A stretch of 64,000 nt of DNA from a virus. The notes beneath the pieces are model-generated. The model saw nothing but the letters and a program-made list of their open reading frames with translations, ran no database searches and was not told the origin of the DNA. The DNA lies in IMG/VR virus record IMGVR_UViG_3300028592_000008, positions 8,428-72,427 of that record, one strand, 5' to 3'. The translations under genes were made by a program, and so were the position numbers. Shown here piece by piece: positions 55,853 to 64,000 of the stretch. The number at the start of each line of letters is the position of its first letter. Within the stretch, counting starts at the first letter, position 1.

Positions 55853-58800
55853 ATGGCTCAGTCGGTTTTCTCCCAGCGTCGCAAGAAAGCCCCGGCGCCG
55901 GCAGTCGCCCCAAAGGAGGAGGCGTCGCTGCTGGCGGCGGCAGGTCGCGGGGCGCTCTCCAGTCTGGCCTGGGGGGCTGGCGCTCTCGGCAAGTTCTCCC
56001 GGGCAACCTGGGGGACGGCAAGCGGCCTGACGGGGGGCGAGTGGGGCGGCGGCCTTCTCAACGCGATTCCGTTCTCTGACACGCTTGGCCTGACCGACGA
56101 GTCGAAGGGGATCCAGGCCGGGGACTTCGCAGAGAAGCGGCTGGGAATCCTCCCGGCGAATCAGCCAGGTTTCGACCGCTGGGACATCCCGCGGTTCGCC
56201 CTTGACGTGGCCGGGGACCCGCTGACGTATCTCGGCTCCGGGCTGCTCGGGAAGGCGGGCGGCGCGGCCCGGTCGACCGGCGTGGCGGACGACGTGGTGC
56301 GGTCCACGATGGCGAAGTCCGGTGTCGGCTGGCGCGAGGGGCTGTCGAAGACGACCGGCCGGGACGTGCTGAAGTACGCATCGGAGGTTGGCGTAGGTCC
56401 GGCGGCGCGCCGCGCGTACTTCGGGGCGGCCAAGAAAGCCGGGGTGAAGGTCCGGGACATCATCGACCAGCCGATTGGCGGTCTGGGGTACGGTCTGCCG
56501 GGACAGTCGAATGTCCGGTTCGCAGGCAAAGCGGCCGAAGTCGCATCCCGGATCATCGACAAGCCTGGACAGCTCTTCCGGAACGTCCGGGGCCGCGCGC
56601 TCGGCAAGACGGGGGCGGAGCTTGTCCAGGCGGCATCGGAGGGGGTCGAGCGGAACCGCGTCGCTCAAGAGGCATCGCAGGCGTTCGGAAAGCAGGCCGA
56701 TCAGGTCATGCGACAGCACGACGCCTATGCGGTCCAGTGGGCTCAGCGGACGAAGTCGACGCCGGAGGACTACTTCAGCAGGCTCGACGTTAAGACCGGG
56801 GACCTGGTGGACGATATCACCCCCAAGGTCGGGGACGAGGTGCAATGGACCGTCAACGGGTCGGACCAGTTCAAGACCCCGCAGGTCATCAAGGACATCC
56901 AGGACGGCCCGGATGGGAAACAGTACGCGATGTTCGATGGGCAGGGGACAGGCGTCCCGCTTGAGCAGGTTTCGAAGATTCGCGGGACGGACACGCTCTA
57001 CCAGCCGGACATCGAGCAGCTTGCCGCCCGGATGCCGGACACCCCGCGCGTCCGTCAGTTCCTCGACGAGTTTCGGGTCGGCCAAGCGAGCGGGAACGGC
57101 GTTCCGGATGCGACGATCGGTGAGGGGCTGGCGAAGGCTGCCTCGGATGCGTGGGGCAAGGCCGGGTCCAAGGCTGACGACGCCCTCACGAAACTCCAAT
57201 TCAAGCTCAGCGACGAGGCATGGGGGGCGGTCGAGAAGGCGATCGGCCGCGATGGCATGGAGGCGCTCGATGACACGGATCGGTTCATCGAGCTGGCTCG
57301 GCCGCAGGTCAACAAGATCGCAACGGCGGCGGAGGAGGCTCTCAGGAAGCACCGTCCGTGGGAGAACGTGACGGGGAAGCAGCTCCTCGACGAAGGGCGG
57401 AAAATCCTTGCGGCCGGCGAGGCGGATGATCTGATCGGGGCCATCTCCCAGGCGGCCGGGCGGCGTCTCGGGGACATCGATGGGTACTACTCGCGGGCGA
57501 ACGATCTCATCAGCCAGAGCGCCGGGGACCTGCTGTACCAAGCGGGGCGGGGGGCGGTGCAGTTCAAGCCGGGGATGAAGGCGACGATCTCGGCGTTCAA
57601 GGCCCGGGACATCTCCACGTTCGTCCACGAGTCCGCGCACGTCTTCCGGCGGTTCCTCGGGGAAGGGAACCCGGCACTGCTCGACGCGGTCGAGAAGGCG
57701 CTCGGCATCAAGGACGGGCAGTGGACGAAGGACGCGGAGGAGGTGTTCGCCAGGGCATTCGAGAAGTACATCGCCGAAGGGAAGGCGCCGTCGCCAGTCT
57801 TGCAGCGCGCTTTCGAAAAGCTGAAGGGGTGGCTGCAGTCGATCTACAAGAACACGGCGGGGAGCCCGCTCGGGGACGAGATCAGCCCGGAGATGCGGAA
57901 GGTCTTTGACTCGATGCTGTCCCCCCTCGAGCCCCGCGGGACGTGGACGAACTCCCGGGTAGGGAACGCGATCCGCGCGCTGTTCGACCCGGCGTCGGGC
58001 GGGCGGTGGGATCGTGCCGGCCAGGAGGTCAGCCAGCTCGCTTACGCGGCGAACCGGCGGAACGCTCCCCGCGCGGTGGAGGCGCTCGAGCGCGTGATCG
58101 ACGAGGTCCGGGCTCCGCTGGCGGCGTTCGAGCAGACGTTCGAGTCGGCGTTCCGCGGCGGTGCGAAGGGCGGATTGTCCGAGGGCATGCGGGTCAGCGT
58201 TGGCGGCCTCCAGGGGGAGATCAGCCGGATCGGGAAGAAGACGGCGAGCGTGTTCTTCAAGAATCCCAAGACGGGGGAGGAGTCGTTCCGCCGCGTTCCC
58301 ATCGGGCAGATCGTCCCGGACACGGGGAAGGCACTCCAGTCGTCCCGGATGTATGCCGGATTCAACAAGGTTCTCCGGCTCGTCGCGGAGGGGGGCAGCT
58401 TTGACGACGGTCTGCGGATCGTCGAGCAGGAACTCAAGCTCCGCCCGGGATCGCTGACCGGGCGGCAGAACACCGCCGCGGTGAAGCAGGCGATGGAGAC
58501 CGCGGTCAACAAGATGCGGACGGAGCGGGACCCGCTCTTCGAGTCGTGGCTGGCGAAGGGCGGCAACAGCCAGTTCCTCGACAATCACGCCCCCCGGTAC
58601 GTCGACACTGACGATGTGGCGGCGATCGAGGCGGCCCGGCAGCGGGTGACAAAGAACATCCCGGCGGCCTACGTCAACGAGATGATGAACGACAAGGCGC
58701 TCCGGAGCGGGGACGCCGCGGCGATGGACCGCCTGATGTCGGAGTACGTCACAACCGGCCGGGTGAAGCTGGACAACGACTACGTTTCGGAGCTCCGGCC

Positions 58801-60625
58801 GAAGATGACGGGGGCTCAGGTTCACGCCGAGGACATCCTCTCGTACGTCAACGATCACCCGCTCAAGTCCATGTATATCCGGGACTTCCTCGCGGACAAC
58901 GCGAAGTACCTGCAGGCGGCGATCCGCGGAAACTCGACGCTGGACGCGATTCACGAGATGGTGAAGCGGTCGGCGAGCGAGGGCGGGGATGTCTCGCTCC
59001 GCCAAGCGTTCGTCTCCTCGGGGATGGACGTCGATTCCGCGCTGAAGTGGCAGTCGAAGGTCACTGGAATCCCGGTCGAGCAACTCGAGCGGATGCGTCT
59101 GCCGGAGGAGGTCGTCAAGGCCCTCAAGGGCATGGCGAAGATGGAGACGGACCCGGAGTGGTTCAAGCGGGTCGGGGGGTGGATCGACTCCTTCCACAAG
59201 CTCTTCAAGGAGTCGGTGACGATCCAGCCGGCGTTCGTGGGGTACTTCTTCCGGAACCATGTCTCCGGGCTGTTCATGAACTTCGCCTCGGGGAACATCG
59301 AGAACCTGTCCGATGCCCGGCTCTACCGGAAGGCGTACCAGTCGACGATCCAGGACATCAAGAACGGGTTCTCCTCGGTGACGCAGGACGAGCTCAAGGA
59401 TCTGCAGCGATACCGGGTTCTCGGGGACACGGGATTCGAGGGGGTGGATACGTACCAGGCCGCGCCGCCGGACCCCTTCGCGTGGGGGAACAACGTCGAG
59501 CAGGTCCGGCCGCAGAATCCCCTGCAGTTCCGGGAGACGTGGCGGGAGTCGCAGCAGGCGGTCGCGCAGAATCCCATCGGCGGCGTCGCGGGGGCGATCG
59601 GCGAGCAGTTCCCGGCGCTGGGGCGAGCGGGCCAGGCGGCGAGGACGGCGTGGAATGCCAACGTCCGGACCGGCGGCAAGATGAACCAGAACGTCGAGTG
59701 GGTGAACCGGGTCAGCCTGTACCGCTACCTCAAGGAGAAGGGGTACTCCTCCGCGGCGGCGGCGATGGAAGTCCACCGGGCCCACTTCGACTACGGCGAC
59801 CTGACGCAGTTCGAGAAGGGGGTGATGAAGCGGGTGATCCCGTTCTACTCGTTCAGCCGGAAGATGGCCGAGCAGTTCGCGGACACGCTGATCTCGCGCC
59901 CCGGGGGTCTGATGGCTCAGTCGATCAAGGCCTCGGCCGGCGAACAGGAGCCAGGGACCCCGGATCACGTCGCCTCGACCGCGGCGATCCCGCTGGGGGA
60001 CCTCCCGGACGGCTCCCGGCGCTACCTCACGGGCTTCGGCCTTCCAACCGAGGATCCAGTCGGGTTTCTGGGCGGCGGCGTCCGTGGCGCTCTGCTGGAG
60101 GGGCTCAGCCGCACGAGTCCGCTCATCAAGGGGCCGCTGGAGTGGGCGACCGGGGAATCGTTCTTTCAGACGGGACCGTCCGGCGGCCGGGATCTGCGGG
60201 ACATGGACCCGGCGCTCGGCCGGCTGATCTCCAACGTCACGGGGGCGGAGGAGGCGTACCGTCTGCCGGAGGGAGTCGAACAGGTCATCTCGAACTCCCC
60301 GCTGACCCGGTACATCACGCTCGGCCGGACGCTGACGGACTCCCGGAAGGGGCTGGGGGCGAAAGCGGCCTCGGCCTTCACGGGGCTCCGGATCGCGGAC
60401 GTCTCGCCGGCAGCCCGGGATGCAACGCTGCGGGAGACGATCAACGACGCGGCCCGGCGAGCTGGGGCCAGGGCTTTCGAGCGTGTCAGCTTCGAGAAGG
60501 GGGCGGACCTGACCCCGGATCAGAAGGAGCTGCAGGACGCGATCAACGCTCTGGTCCGCAGGGCGAAGGATCGGGCGGCGAAGCGGAAGGCGCCGGAGAA
60601 GAAGGCCACGTCCAAAAAGAAATAA
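55853..60625 (+). CDS. Large polyvalent / DNA ejection protein
   Basis: 1590 aa; zincin STFVHESAH...EEVFARAFEKY; C-terminal FDYGDLTQFEK..MKRVIPFYSF motif of phage ejection/LPD proteins. Confidence 0.75.
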   Translation: MAQSVFSQRRKKAPAPAVAPKEEASLLAAAGRGALSSLAWGAGALGKFSRATWGTASGLTGGEWGGGLLNAIPFSDTLGLTDESKGIQAGDFAEKRLGILPANQPGFDRWDIPRFALDVAGDPLTYLGSGLLGKAGGAARSTGVADDVVRSTMAKSGVGWREGLSKTTGRDVLKYASEVGVGPAARRAYFGAAKKAGVKVRDIIDQPIGGLGYGLPGQSNVRFAGKAAEVASRIIDKPGQLFRNVRGRALGKTGAELVQAASEGVERNRVAQEASQAFGKQADQVMRQHDAYAVQWAQRTKSTPEDYFSRLDVKTGDLVDDITPKVGDEVQWTVNGSDQFKTPQVIKDIQDGPDGKQYAMFDGQGTGVPLEQVSKIRGTDTLYQPDIEQLAARMPDTPRVRQFLDEFRVGQASGNGVPDATIGEGLAKAASDAWGKAGSKADDALTKLQFKLSDEAWGAVEKAIGRDGMEALDDTDRFIELARPQVNKIATAAEEALRKHRPWENVTGKQLLDEGRKILAAGEADDLIGAISQAAGRRLGDIDGYYSRANDLISQSAGDLLYQAGRGAVQFKPGMKATISAFKARDISTFVHESAHVFRRFLGEGNPALLDAVEKALGIKDGQWTKDAEEVFARAFEKYIAEGKAPSPVLQRAFEKLKGWLQSIYKNTAGSPLGDEISPEMRKVFDSMLSPLEPRGTWTNSRVGNAIRALFDPASGGRWDRAGQEVSQLAYAANRRNAPRAVEALERVIDEVRAPLAAFEQTFESAFRGGAKGGLSEGMRVSVGGLQGEISRIGKKTASVFFKNPKTGEESFRRVPIGQIVPDTGKALQSSRMYAGFNKVLRLVAEGGSFDDGLRIVEQELKLRPGSLTGRQNTAAVKQAMETAVNKMRTERDPLFESWLAKGGNSQFLDNHAPRYVDTDDVAAIEAARQRVTKNIPAAYVNEMMNDKALRSGDAAAMDRLMSEYVTTGRVKLDNDYVSELRPKMTGAQVHAEDILSYVNDHPLKSMYIRDFLADNAKYLQAAIRGNSTLDAIHEMVKRSASEGGDVSLRQAFVSSGMDVDSALKWQSKVTGIPVEQLERMRLPEEVVKALKGMAKMETDPEWFKRVGGWIDSFHKLFKESVTIQPAFVGYFFRNHVSGLFMNFASGNIENLSDARLYRKAYQSTIQDIKNGFSSVTQDELKDLQRYRVLGDTGFEGVDTYQAAPPDPFAWGNNVEQVRPQNPLQFRETWRESQQAVAQNPIGGVAGAIGEQFPALGRAGQAARTAWNANVRTGGKMNQNVEWVNRVSLYRYLKEKGYSSAAAAMEVHRAHFDYGDLTQFEKGVMKRVIPFYSFSRKMAEQFADTLISRPGGLMAQSIKASAGEQEPGTPDHVASTAAIPLGDLPDGSRRYLTGFGLPTEDPVGFLGGGVRGALLEGLSRTSPLIKGPLEWATGESFFQTGPSGGRDLRDMDPALGRLISNVTGAEEAYRLPEGVEQVISNSPLTRYITLGRTLTDSRKGLGAKAASAFTGLRIADVSPAARDATLRETINDAARRAGARAFERVSFEKGADLTPDQKELQDAINALVRRAKDRAAKRKAPEKKATSKKK

Positions 60626-60695
60626 GCCCCGGTGTTATCCGGGGCTCAGGACGCAGGAGTTTCAGGCACGGGGCAATCTTACACCCGCGCGCGCA

Positions 60696-60732
60696 AAAAA
60701 GAAGCCCGCCCGGGGGTGATCCGGGCGGGCTT
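60696..60732 (-). terminator. Terminator between convergent operons
   Basis: AAAAAAG-AAGCCCGCCCGG..CCGGGCGGGCTT; second hairpin AGCCCCGG/CCGGGGCT just after 60625. Confidence 0.8.
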
Positions 60733-60736
60733 GCGA

Positions 60737-60943
60737 CTAGCACCGCATTTCGAACTCGAGGCCTTGGTGTTCGTAGATGACATCGGCCAGGCGATTCATC
60801 TCCGCCTTGAAGTCGATCGGGATGACGATCCCTCCTCCTCCGCGGCGTGACATCATGTCCCGGAGGACGGCGGCGGCTTGCGGGCAAAGCGTGATGCTGC
60901 CGTCTTTGTGCTGGCCGGCTTTGTTGGGCGGGCTGTAGTCCAT
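60737..60943 (-). CDS. Hypothetical protein
   Basis: AGGTGA RBS; 68 aa. Confidence 0.6.
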   Translation of the reverse strand: MDYSPPNKAGQHKDGSITLCPQAAAVLRDMMSRRGGGGIVIPIDFKAEMNRLADVIYEHQGLEFEMRC

Positions 60944-60946
60944 TGG

Positions 60947-61021
60947 TCACCTTTGGTTGAATCGCTGCCAGGCTTGGTCGAGCCCGGCGAGCAGGAACAG
61001 GATCAGAAGTAGATTGCCCAT
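60947..61021 (-). CDS. 24-aa hydrophobic micropeptide
   Basis: MGNLLLILFLLAGLDQAWQRFNQR fills the gap between neighbours. Confidence 0.4.
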   Translation of the reverse strand: MGNLLLILFLLAGLDQAWQRFNQR

Positions 61022-61025
61022 CGAT

Positions 61026-61041
61026 CGTTTCCCGGGAAACG
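61026..61041. repeat. 16-bp palindrome, copy 10 (intergenic)
   Basis: CGTTTCCCGGGAAACG exact. Confidence 0.95.
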
Positions 61042-61044
61042 CGG

Positions 61045-61332
61045 TTACTGCATCATCCAGTCGAGGTTCGGCGGCGGGATGCACTTGTCGTACTCCGCAG
61101 CCGGGCGGAACGGGTCCTTCAGCAGTGCCGCCCGGAAGCTCGCCTCACTCACGAACGGTCCGAGGCAATCCCCGCGGGGCTCCTCCGGCCGGGCGGTCGA
61201 GCGGCGCCAGCACCAGTAGAACGGCACGGTGGCGGTTTCCATGTCGATCCGCAGCTCGAAAACCGCCTTGGTGGTCTCGAGGATGATCGTCGGCTGGGGT
61301 TCAGTCATCGGGTCCGGAGAATCGGGACTCAT
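61045..61332 (-). CDS. Hypothetical protein
   Basis: 95-aa ORF in minus-strand operon. Confidence 0.55.
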   Translation of the reverse strand: MSPDSPDPMTEPQPTIILETTKAVFELRIDMETATVPFYWCWRRSTARPEEPRGDCLGPFVSEASFRAALLKDPFRPAAEYDKCIPPPNLDWMMQ

Positions 61333-61413
61333 ACTGGCCTCGGTTGCGGGGTTTGGGTTTGCGGAAACGTCTGGAGCCCTTGGACTTCTTGTGCCTCAGT
61401 GGCCCGGATTCAT

Positions 61414-61779
61414 TCAGGGGGATTTGGACGAACTGGTTCCTTCCATCGGTGAAGCGGGGAGCGGACTTTCCCCGGCCGCGGCTACCTCCTTTCCGCCGCC
61501 AGTTGACGAGGGCCGCGAGCGGGATCCTCGAGATGGTTTTGTCGGTTTGGGTTCGTTCGGAACGCTTGCGATGGGTAGCCATTGCTCGTCCTGGGTCTCC
61601 TTGAGGATGCTGTCGAGCTTGTCAATGAAGGCCGCGAACTGCAACGAGGGATAGCGCTCTGTCCGGGTGTCGGACGTGTACTCTCTCCACTCATGAACGA
61701 CCTGATGCGCGGCGACCCGGATCTTCCTTCCGATCTCAATCAACCGCTCAGGCGTCACGGTCTCCTTTGGCTTGGACAT
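61414..61779 (-). CDS. Hypothetical protein
   Basis: GAGGT RBS; 121 aa. Confidence 0.55.
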   Translation of the reverse strand: MSKPKETVTPERLIEIGRKIRVAAHQVVHEWREYTSDTRTERYPSLQFAAFIDKLDSILKETQDEQWLPIASVPNEPKPTKPSRGSRSRPSSTGGGKEVAAAGESPLPASPMEGTSSSKSP

Positions 61780-61842
61780 GGGAACCTCGGGTTGGGGTGA
61801 ACGTGAGTCCCTGCCGGCCCGGCGGCCGGCAGGTGGTCTCGG

Positions 61843-62613
61843 TCACTCGTCGCCGTTGATGTCCTGCTCTTCGGTCGGCATGAAAGCCTGCGTGCCGAGG
61901 AACTCCGCGGCGGTCGGGTCAACCTCGACGAGCAGGCCGGTCAGGACCCGGGCCAGGTCGGCTTCCTTCTGGTCGCCACGGAGCCGCTCGTGGTCGACCG
62001 CCATCGACAGCCGGGCGATCACCCCGCCGATCGTGTCCAGCGGGGCCCGGTAGCCTCGCTGGTAGAACTTCAGCAGCCGGAGGATCGACCCCCCGGCGTC
62101 TTCATTTCGGACCGGGCGGAGGTACACCAGCCGCTTCGCAGCCAGGTCGGCGTAGAAGTCGCCGTCGCAGCAGGACAGCCACGTCTTCCGGGGAACGGTC
62201 GGTCCGTCGTCGATCTTGTCGACCCAGACCGCGGCACAAGCGATCGTGAAATCGAAGGACTTCACAAGTTGCTCGGCGTTGGCGAAGGTCCAGCGGCGGA
62301 TGAACTGGACCGGCAGGTGGCACCCCAGAATCGTGATCGCGTTTGGCGTCTCGATCCGCCGGGCCGCGCCGTGGTGCTCGCTGTCGCCCAGCATCACCAT
62401 GAACTCGTTCGCCCACTCGAACGCGGTTTCGGCGGACGGGCAGAAGATGTCGATGTCGGCCGGCGTCTCTCCGGCGACGCAGGCCCGGATGAATCCCCCT
62501 CCGAGGATGGCTCCGGTCTTCTCCATGAACTCCCGGACGATCCCGGGCAGACGACGTCGAATCCATGCGACGTCCCGTTGATTGAGGCGTTTCAAGGCAA
62601 ATCTCCAAAGCAA
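61843..62613 (-). CDS. Nucleotidyltransferase (polyA-polymerase/CCA head-like)
   Basis: GGGFIR...DIDIF...FDFTI...RLLKFYQRGY. Confidence 0.8.
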   Translation of the reverse strand: MLWRFALKRLNQRDVAWIRRRLPGIVREFMEKTGAILGGGFIRACVAGETPADIDIFCPSAETAFEWANEFMVMLGDSEHHGAARRIETPNAITILGCHLPVQFIRRWTFANAEQLVKSFDFTIACAAVWVDKIDDGPTVPRKTWLSCCDGDFYADLAAKRLVYLRPVRNEDAGGSILRLLKFYQRGYRAPLDTIGGVIARLSMAVDHERLRGDQKEADLARVLTGLLVEVDPTAAEFLGTQAFMPTEEQDINGDE

Positions 62614-62635
62614 GGGCGAAACAGGAAAACGTGGT

Positions 62636-62917
62636 TCAGACCATCAACGGGGACTGGAGCATCGCGGCCATCGCCAAGATGTTCTTCTCACGGGCGATGG
62701 CGGCCCGGCAAGCCAGCTCGTCGTCGTAAAGCCGGAGGATCTTCCCGGCGTTCTCGGCGATCAGGCGCCACTGTCCCCGGGCCATGGGGGTCGTGGCGGT
62801 TCCGTCTTTCTTCGGCTGGGAGTAGCCGACGTACTTGTGGCCCCGGATCTCAACGGTGCCGTTGACGAACAGGTGCAGCGGGGTCTTCTGGTCCGGCGGG
62901 ACCGTGCATCGTGCCAT
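62636..62917 (-). CDS. Hypothetical protein
   Basis: GGAG RBS; about 93 aa. Confidence 0.5.
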   Translation of the reverse strand: MARCTVPPDQKTPLHLFVNGTVEIRGHKYVGYSQPKKDGTATTPMARGQWRLIAENAGKILRLYDDELACRAAIAREKNILAMAAMLQSPLMV

Positions 62918-62981
62918 GCTGGGCTCCAAAGGGGGAAGTGAACAGCCACGGTGCCGGTGGATGTCCCGGCACGCTGGTAGG

Positions 62982-63656
62982 TCACTGACCCAGAAGGCGC
63001 TCGAGGGCTTTCAGATCCTCGGTCGCGTTCTGACACTCGACATCGGCCGCATCCTCCTCCACGATCGTATATTGCTGCTTTTCGAGGGAGGCGATCTCGT
63101 CCTTGAGGGCGTTCATTTCGGCCGTTTTTGCGGCGATCACAGCGTCGATCTCCGTGATCTTCTCCTTCCGGGTGTGGGCCCGGCTGGCGATCGACTCAAG
63201 CCTGGCGAGCTTCTCTGACAGCGACAGCTTGGGTGGCTCCGGAACTGGCGGCTGTTCCGGTATGGCGATTTCGATGGTCACCGGCTCTTCTTGAGGGGCG
63301 ATCGACGCCAAGTCGAACCGCTCGAAGTGGAGATGGATGTCCCGGGCGCTCCAGTCCTTAAATTCGCCGATGATGAGGGCTTCGTAGATCCCGCCGTTGT
63401 CCATTCCGTCCGGCCGCAGCAGGACGACGATGGCGTTTCGTTGGTAGGGTCGCAGTCGAACCTCCCCGGGCGGAAGGCTCGATCGAACCCGGCGTGAGAT
63501 CCGGACGAAGTAGTCACCAGGTGGGGCGTCTCGTTCCTGCAGGAAATCGAGGACTTGCTCCCGGTATGGGCTCCAGTTCTTTAGGACGAGATTCCCCGTC
63601 TCGAACTTCGAAATTCGGTGCCGGCCGTGCGCAGCGGCGCCGTTCTTCCCGTTCAT
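62982..63656 (-). CDS. Hypothetical protein with C-terminal coiled coil
   Basis: GGGAGG RBS before MNGKNG. Confidence 0.7.
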   Translation of the reverse strand: MNGKNGAAAHGRHRISKFETGNLVLKNWSPYREQVLDFLQERDAPPGDYFVRISRRVRSSLPPGEVRLRPYQRNAIVVLLRPDGMDNGGIYEALIIGEFKDWSARDIHLHFERFDLASIAPQEEPVTIEIAIPEQPPVPEPPKLSLSEKLARLESIASRAHTRKEKITEIDAVIAAKTAEMNALKDEIASLEKQQYTIVEEDAADVECQNATEDLKALERLLGQ

Positions 63657-63721
63657 AAAACCTCCCGTGGTCAGAAAAAGTGAACAACCGTCGCGCCGGT
63701 GGCGGTCCCGGCGAAGGGCGG

Positions 63722-63916
63722 TCACTCAGCGGCGCGGTCTCTCCACTGGAGGTAGGGGAGGATCGGTTGGGAAATAAGCTGCTGCTCAGCGACGTATCGC
63801 CAGTAGTCCTGGGTCGTGCAGGATCGTCTCAGGACGGCCCGGTCTTCACGGTCTTGGTGTTCGAGGTGATCCATCTCGGCGCTCGCATTGCGGCCGGCTT
63901 CGGTGCTTCTGGACAT
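63722..63916 (-). CDS. Hypothetical protein
   Basis: GGAG RBS; 64 aa. Confidence 0.5.
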   Translation of the reverse strand: MSRSTEAGRNASAEMDHLEHQDREDRAVLRRSCTTQDYWRYVAEQQLISQPILPYLQWRDRAAE

Positions 63917-64000
63917 GGGAATCTCCCGGGTTAGGTGAACATCCTGGGCCGGGACCGTCTGACGGTCCCGGCGAAAAGGTCTCCCGCGCCGTGCCGGCCT

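Noticed and set aside
55820-59968. 1382-aa minus-strand ORF and other long antisense ORFs (53616-56021, 22003-23979, 18122-20020, 40802-42487)
   Set aside because: Shadow frames of high-GC plus-strand genes; Arg/Pro/Leu-rich with no motifs
1735-61041. Palindrome copies as a CRISPR array or REP/IS ends
   Set aside because: Copies are kilobases apart, with no spacer periodicity, cas gene or transposase

Overview
A high-GC (roughly 65% by eye) segment of a tailed dsDNA phage or prophage genome; no host genes are visible. The host is probably Planctomycetota, inferred from csrA, a DUF1580-like HTH and the gene content. Layout: (1) 0.1-10.9 kb accessory and regulatory genes: atypical tRNA, CsrA, DUF5131, ASCH-like, RuvC-like, an ATPase-only terminase paralog, an ORF-poor structured region of about 550 nt and a tandem degenerate serine-recombinase protein; (2) 11-35.7 kb morphogenesis: scaffold, major capsid, decoration, TerS/TerL, portal, adaptor, tail tube, tail tip, a GT-PRTase-HAD fusion plus methyltransferase, tail fiber; (3) 35.8-44.6 kb recombination and replication: DUF3799-like nuclease, RecT, ParB-like, SF2 helicase, SMC-like ATPase; (4) 44.7-51 kb membrane proteins and proteases (candidate lysis region) with tRNA-Trp; (5) 51-53.6 kb DUF1643 and a TGT/DpdA-like gene; (6) 53.7-60.6 kb two very large probable ejected proteins; (7) a convergent minus-strand cluster with a nucleotidyltransferase. 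The most striking signals are ten exact copies of the parS/Noc-site-like palindrome CGTTTCCCGGGAAACG dispersed across the window, two candidate structured ncRNAs, the terminase ATPase paralog and a possible virion ribofuranosylation cassette. All calls come from motif recognition and hand folding; no searches were run.
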